Origin: an uncultured Veillonellaceae bacterium
GTDB lineage: Bacteria > Bacillota > Negativicutes > Veillonellales > Dialisteraceae
Assembly (NCBI GenBank): GCA_949286115.1
Contig: CASEBK010000013.1
Location: 13,677-77,676, forward strand
Direction of reading: 5' to 3'
DNA: 64,000 nt
Part shown: positions 8,281-18,207 of the stretch, piece after piece
Position numbering within the stretch: the stretch's first letter is position 1
How the letters are laid out: each line of letters starts with the position of its first letter
The notes under the pieces: generated by a model
The model's database searches: none
Seen by the model: only the letters and a program-made list of their open reading frames with translations
Told to the model about the DNA's origin: nothing
Program-made: the position numbers and the translations under genes

Positions 8281-10353
8281 TTACCGTCTGCCCTTCTTTC
8301 CCTTGGGGCTCTTCGGGCGGGGCGATCTGCCGCTGTCGTTCTTCCCTTTCTTCTTCGCGCGGGACCGGGAAGCGCCGCCTTTCCTCACTTTCTTTTCGAG
8401 GGAGAGCGGCGAATGGATCTCGCCGATGACGAAGTCCACTTCCCGCTTTTCCTTGTCCGCCCGGATGAGGGTCACCCGCACGGGCATGCCCAGAGAATAG
8501 GTGGTGCCGGAGAGCGTGCCTTTGAGCGTCATGGTGTCTTCCTGATACTCGAAGTCTTCGTCCATCATGTCGAGCCGCGCCAGCCCTTCCACGCCGTTGT
8601 CGAGGCCCACGAAGATGCCGAAACGGGTCACGCCGGTGACAGTGCCGTCGAAGGGCTCGCCTACGAAGGGCTCCATGTATTCGGTCATCTTGAGATCGTT
8701 CGTATCGCGCTCGGTCTCTACGGCGGCCTGCTCTGTCTCCGAGCAGTGAGCGCACGCCTTGTCCAGGAAGGCCGCCCGCCGGGCGAGCTCTTTCTTATCG
8801 GGCTTTTCGAAGAGCGCCTGCCGGATGAGGCGGTGCACCATGAGGTCCGGGTAGCGGCGGATGGGCGAGGTGAAGTGGGTGTAGCACAGGGAGGCGATGC
8901 CGAAGTGGCCTTCGTTCTCCGTGCTGTAGCACGCCTGCGAGAGAGTGCGGAGAGCCATCACTTCGATGACGGCAGCGATGTCCGTGCCCTTCACGCTCTC
9001 CAGGAGCTGCTGAAGGTCCTTCGGCGTCGGTTCATCCGGCACGGGCACTTTCGTCCCCAGGATCTGGGTGAGGCGCTGCAGAGAAGCCACACGGTCCGGG
9101 TCCGGCTTCGGGTGGATGCGGTACACCGAGGTGTGGCCCGTGTCCCGGAGGAAGCGCGCCACCGCTTCGTTCGCGGCGATCATCGCGTCTTCGATCATCT
9201 TCTCCGATTCGCCGCGGAAGCGCTTCACGATGCGGAGGGGCTTGCCGTCCTCGTCGAGCACCACTTTGTATTCGGGAAATTCAAATTCGATGGCTCCCCG
9301 GCGGCGGCGGTCTTCGCGGAGCGCTTCGGCGCAAGCCCGAAGGTCTTCCAGCATGGGCAGGAAGGGCTTCAGGTCCTCCGGCGCGACGCCTTCGTCGAAG
9401 GCTTTGTTGATCTCAGGGTAGTTGCACCGGCGTCCCACGTTGATGACCGCAGGGGTGATGCGCTCGGTGGTGACCGTGCCGTCCGGCGCCACATCCATGA
9501 GACAGGCCATGGCGTAGCGGTCGCATCCCGCGTTCAGGCTGCACAGGTCGTTCGAGAGCTGGAACGGCAGCATGGGGATGACCCGGTCCGCGAGGTAGAC
9601 GCTGTTGCCCCGGCGGAACGCTTCGTCATCGAGGAGCATGCCTTTCCGCACGTAGCGGCTCACGTCGGCGATGTACACGCCGAGCATGAAATGGCCGTTT
9701 GCCCGGCGCTGGCAGTATACGGCGTCGTCCAGGTCTTTCGAATCCGGCCCGTCAATGGTGACGAGGGGCAGATCCCGGAAATCAGCAGTGTTTTCCTCCA
9801 CGGTGATGTCCCGGGGCAGACCGTCCGCCTCGGCCATGAGCTCGTCCGTGAAGACGTGGGGCAGATGGTGCTGAGCGATGAGCACGTCGATGTCGAGGCC
9901 CTTGTCCCCTTCATAGCCCAGGATCTCTTTCACGCGCCCTTCGGCGTCCGTCTGGCGGCCGGGCCACTTCGTCACTTCCACCACGACCTTCGCCCCGGTG
10001 GTGGCCTCCATGTCTTCGCCCATGGGGATGTAGATCACCATGTTGATCTTCTCGTCCACGGGCACCACTTCGCCGCCGTCCGCGAGCATTTCATAGGTGC
10101 CCACCACGGTCTCATTCGCCCGCTGGGTGATATTGATGATGCGGCCTTCCACCTTGTGGCGGCCCGTCGTGCCGTGGGTGACCTTCACCACCACCGTGTC
10201 ATTGTTGACGGCGGTATCCCGGTCTTTTTCGGCGATGTACACGTCCTCATGATCCTTGTCAGTGATGAGGAAGCCGAATTTCGGCCCGTACGATTTGTAT
10301 ACGCCTTCGATGGTCGTCCCCGGCGCATACGTGAGCAGTTCTTTATTTTCCAT
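8281..10353 (-). CDS. rnr: Ribonuclease R
   Basis: 690 aa with N-terminal cold-shock/OB region, an RNB catalytic core (...DLDDAV...), a C-terminal S1 domain and a K/R-rich tail. Confidence 0.9.
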   Translation of the reverse strand: MENKELLTYAPGTTIEGVYKSYGPKFGFLITDKDHEDVYIAEKDRDTAVNNDTVVVKVTHGTTGRHKVEGRIINITQRANETVVGTYEMLADGGEVVPVDEKINMVIYIPMGEDMEATTGAKVVVEVTKWPGRQTDAEGRVKEILGYEGDKGLDIDVLIAQHHLPHVFTDELMAEADGLPRDITVEENTADFRDLPLVTIDGPDSKDLDDAVYCQRRANGHFMLGVYIADVSRYVRKGMLLDDEAFRRGNSVYLADRVIPMLPFQLSNDLCSLNAGCDRYAMACLMDVAPDGTVTTERITPAVINVGRRCNYPEINKAFDEGVAPEDLKPFLPMLEDLRACAEALREDRRRRGAIEFEFPEYKVVLDEDGKPLRIVKRFRGESEKMIEDAMIAANEAVARFLRDTGHTSVYRIHPKPDPDRVASLQRLTQILGTKVPVPDEPTPKDLQQLLESVKGTDIAAVIEVMALRTLSQACYSTENEGHFGIASLCYTHFTSPIRRYPDLMVHRLIRQALFEKPDKKELARRAAFLDKACAHCSETEQAAVETERDTNDLKMTEYMEPFVGEPFDGTVTGVTRFGIFVGLDNGVEGLARLDMMDEDFEYQEDTMTLKGTLSGTTYSLGMPVRVTLIRADKEKREVDFVIGEIHSPLSLEKKVRKGGASRSRAKKKGKNDSGRSPRPKSPKGKKGRR

Positions 10354-10407
10354 ACGCTTCTCCTGAAGAAAGAAAAAAGACTTGCCGCGGCAAGTCCCTT
10401 ACACTCC

Positions 10408-10644
10408 TTAAAATGTATTCATGTATCGCCCGAGCAGCAGGCATACCACGACGAAGACCACGCCAAAGATCACGGTCATCCGGGAAAGGACGGCATCCTT
10501 GCCGCGGGTCCGTCCGCCCAGCATAGAATTGCCCGAGCCGCCCATGGCCGCACCCATGCCCGCTGTCTTCGGCTCCTGCGAGACGATGACCACGATGAGC
10601 AGTACTGAAATGATGCACGCCAGTGCCATTAAGAAAATCTTCAC
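10408..10644 (-). CDS. secG: Preprotein translocase subunit SecG
   Basis: Two TM segments flank a Gly-rich loop (GMGAAMGGSGNSMLGG). I favour GTG at 10644, 7 nt after GAGGAGG, over the track start at 10665. Confidence 0.8.
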   Translation of the reverse strand: MKIFLMALACIISVLLIVVIVSQEPKTAGMGAAMGGSGNSMLGGRTRGKDAVLSRMTVIFGVVFVVVCLLLGRYMNTF

Positions 10645-10700
10645 AGTCTTTCCTCCTCTGCGCATCCGTAAGATACGCGCATATCGTCTATATTAAAGTC

Positions 10701-10729
10701 AGTATATCTCAATTCCCGGCGGCGGTCAA
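10701..10729 (-). promoter_or_regulatory. Sigma-A type promoter for secG
   Basis: Minus strand TTGACC (10729-10724), 17 nt spacer, TATACT (10706-10701). Confidence 0.6.
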
Positions 10730-10735
10730 GAAAAG

Positions 10736-11242
10736 CTACTTTCTGAGGGCGTCGAGCTTCTCCCGCACGTCGTCGGGGAGGTTCCTCCCCACTTCGTTCC
10801 GGAGGTTCGCCCGGTTGTTCGTGCGGATGAAGCGGTGCTGCTCTTTTTTGTCCTCGGAGAGCACCCGCATGAGATCCGCCACGGCCATGCGGTACGCGCC
10901 GTTGCCGAGGATCTGATTCTGTACGGGCCCGTCGGAGGAGACCACATAGATGGAGCGGTACTCGTCCCGCCGGCGGTACGATTCCTTTTCGATATAGCTG
11001 TCGGCGGTCATGTGCTTCGGCGTGAAGACCTCCGTGAAGGACGGCGCGAGCGTCCGTTCCGTCACTTTATTGCCCTGCCCCTGCCCGTCGAAGACCACCA
11101 CGATCTCCACATCGTTGTGCGCGCCGTAGTCGAGGAGGAGGTCCAGGAGCTTCTTCCGGCTCGACTCGAGATCGTCTCTGGGAAAAGCCGCCGGCTCCCA
11201 GAAGATGACGTTGTAGGCGTCGATGAAATACAGATCTTTCAT
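10736..11242 (-). CDS. NYN-domain ribonuclease, YacP/Rae1 family
   Basis: 168 aa with MKDLYFIDAYNVIF... and ...VVFDG...VFT...ADSYIE motifs. Overlaps rlmB by 4 nt, matching the Bacillus yacO-yacP arrangement. Confidence 0.8.
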   Translation of the reverse strand: MKDLYFIDAYNVIFWEPAAFPRDDLESSRKKLLDLLLDYGAHNDVEIVVVFDGQGQGNKVTERTLAPSFTEVFTPKHMTADSYIEKESYRRRDEYRSIYVVSSDGPVQNQILGNGAYRMAVADLMRVLSEDKKEQHRFIRTNNRANLRNEVGRNLPDDVREKLDALRK

Positions 11243-12078
11243 GATGAATGCGCCTCCGTTCCTTCCCGCTGCCGTGCCGCTTCATAGAGGAGGAGCGCCG
11301 CCGCCACAGACACGTTGAGTGACGACACGTGCCCCTTCATGGGGATGCGCACACAGAAATCGCAGGCCTTCCGCGTGAGGCGGGCCATGCCGCTGCCTTC
11401 CGCGCCCATGACGATCACCAGCGGCCCTCTGAGGTTTGCCCCATTGTAGAGGGACTCCCCGTCCATGTCGGTGCCCACCACCCAGAAGCCTTTTTCCTTG
11501 AGCTTCTCGAGGGTCCGGCTGATATTTCCGATGCGCACCACGGGCATCCACGCGCAGGCCCCCGCAGCGGTCTTCATGGCCGCGTAAGTCACAAGGCAGC
11601 TCCGATGCTCCGGCAGCAGCACCGCCGCCGCGCCGGCGCACTCCGCCGTGCGGATGATCGCGCCGAGGTTCCGCACGTCTTCGAGTCCGTCCAGGAGGAT
11701 GAAGAAAGGGTCCCGCCCTTCCCACGCGGCGAGCACATCGTCAAGGTCGGCGTATTCGTAGGGACGGAGCTCGGCGACGACCCCCTGATGCACCAGATCG
11801 GGCACCATGCGGGAGAGGGCTTCTCCGTCCCGCTCTTCCACGGGCACGCCCCGGTGCTCGGCTTCGGCGACGAGCGCAGCGAGGCGGTCGTCTCCTCTGC
11901 CCTTCTTCACGAAGAGCCGCTGCACCAGGTCCGCTCGGAGCGCTTCGGCGGCGCTGTTCCGTCCGCCCGCATAGAGCGGCCCGGAAGCGGCATTCCGCGC
12001 GCGGGGAGCGCGCCGTCTCTCTTCGTCCCGCTTCGGCCGCGCGGCAGGGCGGTCTGTCTTTTTCTTTCCGCTCATCAT
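11239..12078 (-). CDS. rlmB: 23S rRNA (guanosine-2'-O)-methyltransferase, SpoU/TrmH family (RlmB/YacO-like)
   Basis: SpoU-type motifs LDGLEDVRNLGAIIRTA, ...VMGAEGSGM... and ...IPM.G.VSSLNVSVAA..., behind a basic N-terminal extension. Confidence 0.85.
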   Translation of the reverse strand: MMSGKKKTDRPAARPKRDEERRRAPRARNAASGPLYAGGRNSAAEALRADLVQRLFVKKGRGDDRLAALVAEAEHRGVPVEERDGEALSRMVPDLVHQGVVAELRPYEYADLDDVLAAWEGRDPFFILLDGLEDVRNLGAIIRTAECAGAAAVLLPEHRSCLVTYAAMKTAAGACAWMPVVRIGNISRTLEKLKEKGFWVVGTDMDGESLYNGANLRGPLVIVMGAEGSGMARLTRKACDFCVRIPMKGHVSSLNVSVAAALLLYEAARQREGTEAHSS

Positions 12079-12139
12079 ATTGTCTCCCTTTTCTGAAATC
12101 CGTTCCTATTTTATCATATCCCGCGAAGAAGCCCCCAAC

Positions 12140-12166
12140 GAAAAAAGGCTCCCGAAGGAGCCTCTT
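12140..12166 (-). terminator. Rho-independent terminator after the decarboxylase gene
   Basis: Minus strand AGGCTCC-ttcg-GGAGCCT followed by TTTTTT, directly after the stop. Confidence 0.8.
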
Positions 12167-14203
12167 TCATTTTTTATACACCCACACGAAGCCTTCTCTC
12201 CGTCCGTCCTTCTCCTTCACGGAGACGCCGTGGAGCTCGGGAGCAAAGGCGGGGAAGCGCGCTAAGAAATCGAGGAGGCAGCGGCACCAATCGAGAGCGG
12301 GCCGCTCCCACGTCTCGCCCGCCGCGGGGACGCAGATGCCCGGCGGATAGGCCGCCGCCGCGACGAGCGCCGTCCGCCCTTCCGCTTCAGCGAGGGGCAC
12401 CAGCTCCCGCTCGCCCCGCACGAACGCTTCCGAGGCTTCTCGGGCGCCCATGGCCTCCCGGGGCAGACGGGAAAAGAGCCGCGAAAGGAGCGCTCCCGCT
12501 TTCCGTTCCCGGAAGAACCGCCGCTGCGCTTTGCAGAGCGCGCGGAAAGTTTCGTCCGGGTCCGCCCCGCCGTCCGCGGAAAGCCCCGGCAGCACCTCTC
12601 CCAGAAGCGCGCCCCGGTCGTAGTCCTCCTCCATATGGGCCAGCGCCGCCACGAGGCGCTCCCGCTTCTCCGGTCCATCGCCGGGCTCAGCGAGGAAGAG
12701 CACCGTGCCGAAGTCCGATTTCTCCGGGACGATGCCCCGCTCCTGCAAGTACCGCGCCGCTGCCGGCCCCGGGATGGGTCCCGTGGTGAGCAGCACCTTG
12801 CATGGATCGAGGAGGCACTGGTCCCGGCCGACGCGGCGGAAGCCGTGCCATTTCTCCCCCGGACGGATCTCCCAGAAGCGCCGCTCCGACGCGATGGTCT
12901 CCGTCGCATAGGACGCCCAGGGCCGGCCGTCCACGTCCTCCGGCTGGAAGGGCCGCACGTACCGGCAGGCGCGGAGCACGTCTTTCCGAAGCTCCACGGC
13001 AAAGCACACCGCCTCTGCCCAGAGTTCCTTCCCCTTCTCCCGGTGGATGGCCGCGTTCATCTCGAGGCCCGCGAAGAGAGGAAACGACGGCGATGTAGAC
13101 ACGTGATGGAGAAAGGCGTTCTGGAAGACATCGTCCGCCACGCGGCGCTTCTTCCCCGAAAGATGTGCGTCTTTCCGGTGGATCTGCGAGGTCTGGGAAA
13201 ATCCGGCGAGCTGCTTGTGCACGGACTGCGTCACGAGGAGCCCGGGGCTCTTCTTCGTGAGAGGGAGCGTCAGGGGGCTCTCATCCGCCAGGAAGGGGAT
13301 GAACGATTCGTACCCCGCCCAAGCCGCGTCGAAGAGGATGTAGTCACAGAGCGGGCCGATCTCCTCCAGCACCCGCCGGGCGTTCACGAAAATGCCGTCG
13401 TAGGTAGTGAGCTGAAGGCACGCCAGACGGAAAGGGCGCTTTTCCTTTTCTTTCCCCCGCATGGCCCGCCCGGCAAGCTTCCGCAGGTACGGCTCGCGGA
13501 AGGCGTCCTCCGGCAGGCCCCCGATGACGCCCGCTTCGTTCCGCACGCCTTCGAGGAAGACCGGCGTCGCCCCGCACTGGTCGAGCGCCCCCTGATAGAT
13601 CGACTTGTGACTATTTCGGTCAACAAGCACCAGATCTCCCGGCGCGAGGAGCGCGGCGCAGCAGATGCGGTTCGAGCCGGACGTGCCGTTCAGCACGAAG
13701 TACGTCCGGTCCGCGTGGTACACCTCCGCGGCGAGCGCCTCCGCTGCCCCGCCGGGCCTCTCGTGAGACGACGTGTCCCCGATGACGTCGTCCGAGTCCG
13801 ACAGGTCCAGCCGGAACAGCCCCTCCCCCATGATGGCGCGGAAGAGGCGGCCTCCGGCGGTCTCATCAAAGAAGCGCCCCCCGTGATGGCCGGGGGTGGC
13901 GAAGTACAGCGGCCCGCTCTCTGCATGCGCGGCGAGCGTCCCCGTGAAGCGCGGCAGGAGGCGATGCTCGTACGCCGACGCCGCACGGAGCACCGCCCCT
14001 GCCAGATCGAGCGTGTGCGCCTCCGCCAGCACCAGCGGCGCGTCCCCCGCCAGCCGTCCCCAGCGCCTCTCCTCGCCGAGGCATACCACGAAGGCCGCCG
14101 CGTCCCGCCCGCCGAGCGACTCCAGCGGTACGAGCGTCCATCCGGGAAGCTCGTGGATGTAGGCAAACGCTTTCTGCGATACCGCGATGGGAAGCCTGTG
14201 CAT
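12167..14203 (-). CDS. Orn/Lys/Arg decarboxylase, large fold-type I PLP enzyme (LdcC/AdiA/SpeF-like)
   Basis: The C-terminal 678 codons of the 1008-aa track ORF. MHRLPIAVSQ... start at ATG 14203; PLP-lysine context TQSVHKQLAGFSQ; NGTSGSN motif. The ORF part upstream of 14203 is antisense to the + strand hydratase gene. Confidence 0.85.
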   Translation of the reverse strand: MHRLPIAVSQKAFAYIHELPGWTLVPLESLGGRDAAAFVVCLGEERRWGRLAGDAPLVLAEAHTLDLAGAVLRAASAYEHRLLPRFTGTLAAHAESGPLYFATPGHHGGRFFDETAGGRLFRAIMGEGLFRLDLSDSDDVIGDTSSHERPGGAAEALAAEVYHADRTYFVLNGTSGSNRICCAALLAPGDLVLVDRNSHKSIYQGALDQCGATPVFLEGVRNEAGVIGGLPEDAFREPYLRKLAGRAMRGKEKEKRPFRLACLQLTTYDGIFVNARRVLEEIGPLCDYILFDAAWAGYESFIPFLADESPLTLPLTKKSPGLLVTQSVHKQLAGFSQTSQIHRKDAHLSGKKRRVADDVFQNAFLHHVSTSPSFPLFAGLEMNAAIHREKGKELWAEAVCFAVELRKDVLRACRYVRPFQPEDVDGRPWASYATETIASERRFWEIRPGEKWHGFRRVGRDQCLLDPCKVLLTTGPIPGPAAARYLQERGIVPEKSDFGTVLFLAEPGDGPEKRERLVAALAHMEEDYDRGALLGEVLPGLSADGGADPDETFRALCKAQRRFFRERKAGALLSRLFSRLPREAMGAREASEAFVRGERELVPLAEAEGRTALVAAAAYPPGICVPAAGETWERPALDWCRCLLDFLARFPAFAPELHGVSVKEKDGRREGFVWVYKK

Positions 14204-14350
14204 ACCGATCCCTCTTTTCCTTTTCCATTTGTCCTCTATTATATGCGAAACGGCCGCGCCTGTGCGGGGCTTCTTTGAAAAATGGTATAATAAACATAAA
14301 TCGCCCGGCCGGTCCGAGCCGGGTCTTTTGTCACAATGAGGAGGATGCAT

Positions 14351-15136
14351 ATGGCACTTGTAACAGACGGATGGAACGACCTTCTCGTATCCAACGAAGG
14401 CGGTATCGTCACAGTCACGATCAATCGGCCGAAAGCGCTGAACGCGATCAACATGGAGCTCATGAAAGAGCTGGAAGCCTTCTTCGAAGGGCTCAAAGAC
14501 GCACCGGAAGCGGACGTGATCATTCTGACCGGCGCGGGCGAAAGATCTTTCGTCGCCGGGGCGGACATCAATGAAATGGCCGTAATGGACTCTCAGACGG
14601 GCCGCGGCTGGGCCCTGCTGGGCGAACGCGTCACCTCTCTCATCGAGCGGGCTCCGCAGCCGGTCATTGCCGCAGTGAACGGCTACGCGCTCGGCGGCGG
14701 CTGCGAGCTGGCGCTCGCCTGCGATTTCCGCTACGCCTCGGCGAACGCGAAGATGGGCCAGCTCGAAGCGAAGTGGGGCATCAACGCCTGCTTCGGCGGC
14801 ACGCAGCGCCTCTCCCGCGCGGTGGGCGCGCCCATGGCGAAGGAGCTCCTCTACACGGCCCGCGCCATCGACGCCGACGAAGCGCTCCGCATCGGTCTCG
14901 TGAACCGGGTGCTCCCCGATAAGGAGTCCCTCATGGCGGCGGCTATCGCCACGGCGAAAGCGATCCAGGGAAGCGGCAAATGCGCCGTGCGCTACACGAA
15001 ACTCCTCGTGAACGACGGCCGGGACATGCCCATCGATGCGGCCATCGCTGCGGAGGCGCAGTACTTCGGCCTCTGCTTCGACGACCCCGAGCAGAAAGCG
15101 CGCATGACCGCCTTCATGAACAAGTCGAAGAAATAA
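14351..15136 (+). CDS. Enoyl-CoA hydratase/isomerase (crotonase) family protein
   Basis: Contains ...VTINRPKALNA..., ILTGAGERSFVAGADI, AAVNGYALGGGCELALACD and FGGTQRL. Start set to ATG 14351, 6 nt after GAGGAGG. Confidence 0.88.
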   Translation: MALVTDGWNDLLVSNEGGIVTVTINRPKALNAINMELMKELEAFFEGLKDAPEADVIILTGAGERSFVAGADINEMAVMDSQTGRGWALLGERVTSLIERAPQPVIAAVNGYALGGGCELALACDFRYASANAKMGQLEAKWGINACFGGTQRLSRAVGAPMAKELLYTARAIDADEALRIGLVNRVLPDKESLMAAAIATAKAIQGSGKCAVRYTKLLVNDGRDMPIDAAIAAEAQYFGLCFDDPEQKARMTAFMNKSKK

Positions 15137-15145
15137 ATACCACGG

Positions 15146-15183
15146 AAAAAGCCGCGGGAGCCATGAGCCCCTGCGGCTTTTTT
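15146..15183. terminator. Bidirectional terminator between the convergent hydratase and recO genes
   Basis: A-run, AAGCCGCGG ... CCCTGCGGCTT, T-run. Confidence 0.7.
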
Positions 15184-15189
15184 GTGTGT

Positions 15190-15846
15190 TCATATGGCGG
15201 AGAGGAACGCCCCCCGCGTTTTCATTTCGATCTCTCCGTAGCGCTCGATGAAAGCGTCCAGGTATCGCGCCGCCTCATGAAACGCGCGCCGGCTGATGCG
15301 GAGAGGAAAATCGCCCGCCCAGCGCCACTGCCGGCACGCCAGGAGGAGCGCCCGACCTTCCGGAGAGAGGCGCAGCACCTCCATGGGCTCGTCCGACGCG
15401 GGATCGCTGCCCGCCGCGGCAAGGAGCTGCACCGAGAGGATGAACGCCCCCACCGCGGGATTTCTCTCCCGGCCGTGCCCGGCGGCCGCCGCGAGGAGCG
15501 CATAGGCCGCGCCGTCCGCCTCTCCTTCGGGGAAGAACGCCTCGGCGATCTCCACGGCGTAGTACCACCGGGCGAGGTCTTCATAGGGAAGGCCCAGGAT
15601 ATCCAAGGGAGCGCGCCCTTCGTACTGCACGAGGATGCCTCCCCCATTCGATGTCGCCGCGGTGTAGCGGAGCATCGCGAAAGGCTGGAGCAGGCCCGGC
15701 CCGCACCGGCGGAGCGCCGCCCGGGAAGCGAAGAAAGTCTCCCGTCCGGAAGTGCGCGTGAAAAGGCGGACGCTCCGCCCGCCTTCGCCTCGTTTCCTCA
15801 CGGAGAGGACGATCCCTTCGCCGCTCTCCAGCTTATTCGTCTTCAT
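15190..15846 (-). CDS. recO: DNA repair protein RecO
   Basis: 218 aa with an OB-fold N-terminus (GIVLSVRKRGEGGRSVRLFT...). Sits in the usual position downstream of era. Confidence 0.8.
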   Translation of the reverse strand: MKTNKLESGEGIVLSVRKRGEGGRSVRLFTRTSGRETFFASRAALRRCGPGLLQPFAMLRYTAATSNGGGILVQYEGRAPLDILGLPYEDLARWYYAVEIAEAFFPEGEADGAAYALLAAAAGHGRERNPAVGAFILSVQLLAAAGSDPASDEPMEVLRLSPEGRALLLACRQWRWAGDFPLRISRRAFHEAARYLDAFIERYGEIEMKTRGAFLSAI

Positions 15847-17188
15847 GGGGCGCTTCCGCCTCCGGAGCCGGGAGATCTTCCGGCGCGGCAGGCGCGGCGG
15901 CCACGCGGATGATCCGGAAGCCCTCCATGCGGAGCACCGTGAATTTCCAATGGCCGATGACCACCGTGTCCCCCGCCTTGGGGATGCGCTCCAGCTGAGA
16001 GAAGATGTAGCCGCCGATGGTGTTGTTCACGCCACCCTCTTCGCCAAACTCGATGCCCAGCCGGTCGGCGATGTCGTCCAGGATGACGAGCCCGTCAAAT
16101 TCGTAGGTGCCGTCATCCTTCTTCAGGATCTCTCCCGGCGCGGTGTCCATCTCCTGGGGGATCTCGCCGATGAGCTCCTCGATGATGTCCTCCAGCGTGA
16201 CGAGTCCAGCGGTGCTGCCGTATTCATCCACCACCACCGCAAGATAGATGCGGCGCTGGCGCATGAGCTGGAGGAGCTTGGGCGTAGGCATCACTTCCGG
16301 CACAGTGAGGATGTTCCGGATGATGTGCTTCACGTCCGTGGCGCCGCTGGCGCAGCTCTCCATGAAGTCTTTCACATGGAGGAAGCCCAGGATGTGGTCC
16401 TTGTCGTCCATGCAGATGGGGTAGCACGTGTGGTGCGACTTGGCGATGACCCGGCGCATGTGCTCCATGCTGTCCCCATAGTAGAGCACGGTCATCTCGC
16501 TCCGGGGGATCATGATCTCCTGCGTCATGAGGTCGAAGAAATCAAAGGAATTTTTGATGAGCAGATTCTCCAGCGCGGAGAGCTTGCCCCCGCGGTGGCT
16601 CTCCTCCACGATGCACCGGATCTCTTCTTCGGAGTAAGTGAATTCCGCTTCGTTCGTCGCGGGAAGCCCGCGCATACGGAGCACCTTCCGCGCGATGAAG
16701 ACCCCCGCCGCGGTGAGCGGGTGGAGCACCCGGCGGATGAGGGAGAGGAGCCAAGTGCGGGCGGCGATCTTCTCCAGCGGCCGCGTGAGAGCCGCCCCGG
16801 CGGGGATGCGCACCGTAAAGATCCAGTAGATCATCATGGCGGCGAAGAAGAGCACCACCGCTGCGGCCGATTTCCCCCAGAGGGGCAGCGTGGCGCCCCA
16901 ATGGACGCCCACGGCCAGGACGTTCCGCCAGCACTGGGCCAGCGCCAGGATGTACACGGCGGCGCAGAGCATGCCCGCCAGCTGCGAGCCCGCCAGGGCA
17001 TACGCCGGGTGCCGGTAATACGGGGCGACCTTCGCGATGAGCTGCGGGTCCTGATCGTCGTTGTGGTCCACATAGTCTTTCCGCACGCGGGCCATCGCCG
17101 AGTAGACGCTGACACACAGCCCGTTCAATACCGCCGCGGCCACGGCCACGGCCAGATAGCCTACGGCGAGTTCTAATTGGGTATCGAT
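15833..17188 (-). CDS. CNNM/TlyC/CorC-family membrane protein (DUF21 + CBS pair + CorC_HlyC domain)
   Basis: Track ORF 15833..17149 begins at GTG inside the first TM helix. In frame upstream are a TGA stop (17194-17192) and an ATC (17188) 8 nt after GGGAGGA. CBS pair and C-terminal transporter-associated domain are evident. Start is uncertain. Confidence 0.8.
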   Translation of the reverse strand: MDTQLELAVGYLAVAVAAAVLNGLCVSVYSAMARVRKDYVDHNDDQDPQLIAKVAPYYRHPAYALAGSQLAGMLCAAVYILALAQCWRNVLAVGVHWGATLPLWGKSAAAVVLFFAAMMIYWIFTVRIPAGAALTRPLEKIAARTWLLSLIRRVLHPLTAAGVFIARKVLRMRGLPATNEAEFTYSEEEIRCIVEESHRGGKLSALENLLIKNSFDFFDLMTQEIMIPRSEMTVLYYGDSMEHMRRVIAKSHHTCYPICMDDKDHILGFLHVKDFMESCASGATDVKHIIRNILTVPEVMPTPKLLQLMRQRRIYLAVVVDEYGSTAGLVTLEDIIEELIGEIPQEMDTAPGEILKKDDGTYEFDGLVILDDIADRLGIEFGEEGGVNNTIGGYIFSQLERIPKAGDTVVIGHWKFTVLRMEGFRIIRVAAAPAAPEDLPAPEAEAPHEDE

Positions 17189-17292
17189 AAGTCATTCCTC
17201 CCATAAAAGGAAAAGGGAAAGGAAACATCCTGCCCTTCGGCAGCCGCGCCGTTCCCGGGCGGCGCATTTTCTGTATTATAACAAAAACTCGT

Positions 17293-18207
17293 TTATTTAT
17301 GTTCCTTGTAGCCCAGCTCGCGGAGCACGTAGTCCTTATTCTTCCAGTCCCGCGTCACCTTCACCCACAGGTCGAGATAGACCGGCGCGCCGATGAGACG
17401 CTGGATCTCCTCCCGGGCCTCCCGGCCGGCCTCTTTGAGAAGCGAGCCGTTCTTGCCGATGATGATGCGCTTCTGAGAGTCCCGCTCCACGAGGATGGTG
17501 CAGCGGATGTAGACCTTGCCGTTCTCCCGCTCGCTGAATTCCTCCGCGAAGACGCCGATGGCGTGGGGCACTTCGTCCCGCGTGCGGAGGAGGAGCTTCT
17601 CCCGGACGATCTCCTGTACGATGTTTCGCTCCGGCTGGTCCGTCACCATGTCGTCGGGGAAATATTTCGGCCCTTCGGGGAGATATCTGGCGATCATCTT
17701 CGTGAAATCATCCAGATTGTCCCCCGTGACGGCCGAGAGGGGGATGATCTCTTTGAAGGGATACAGCTGGCTGTACTGGACGATCTTCTTCATGAGCTTC
17801 TCTTTGCTGATGAGGTCGATCTTGGAAAGCACGAGGAAGACCGGCACGTGTTTGCCCTCGATGAGCTTTAAGATATACCGGTCCCCCGCGCCGAGCGGAT
17901 CGTCGCAGGCGCAGAGGAAGACGATCACGTCCACCTCGTCCAGCGCGTCCACCGTGGCCTGCCGGATCACTTCGCCCAGCTTTGACTGAGGCTTGTGCAT
18001 GCCCGGCGTGTCGAGGAAGACCGCCTGGCAGTGGTCGCCGTTCCACACGCCGGTGATCTTCGTGCGCGTGGTCTGGGCGTGGGAGGATACGATGGAGATC
18101 TTCTCGCCCAGGACGGCATTCATGAGCGTGGATTTCCCCACGTTCGGCCGGCCTACGAGGGCGACGAAGCCCGAATGAAATGGGGTCGTTTCTTCTTTGC
18201 TGTTCAT
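17293..18207 (-). CDS. era: GTPase Era
   Basis: MNSKEETTPFHSGFVALVGRPNVGKSTLMN... with G1-G4 motifs and a C-terminal KH domain. ATG 18207 follows AAGGAGA and forms an ATGA overlap with the cdd stop. The track N-terminal extension is read-through. Confidence 0.93.
   Translation of the reverse strand: MNSKEETTPFHSGFVALVGRPNVGKSTLMNAVLGEKISIVSSHAQTTRTKITGVWNGDHCQAVFLDTPGMHKPQSKLGEVIRQATVDALDEVDVIVFLCACDDPLGAGDRYILKLIEGKHVPVFLVLSKIDLISKEKLMKKIVQYSQLYPFKEIIPLSAVTGDNLDDFTKMIARYLPEGPKYFPDDMVTDQPERNIVQEIVREKLLLRTRDEVPHAIGVFAEEFSERENGKVYIRCTILVERDSQKRIIIGKNGSLLKEAGREAREEIQRLIGAPVYLDLWVKVTRDWKNKDYVLRELGYKEHK

Noticed and set aside
12167-15193. 1008-aa minus-strand ORF
   Set aside because: It is a composite. 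Only the part from ATG 14203 downstream is the decarboxylase. The N-terminal 330 codons are stop-free antisense of the well-supported + strand crotonase gene (14351..15136).
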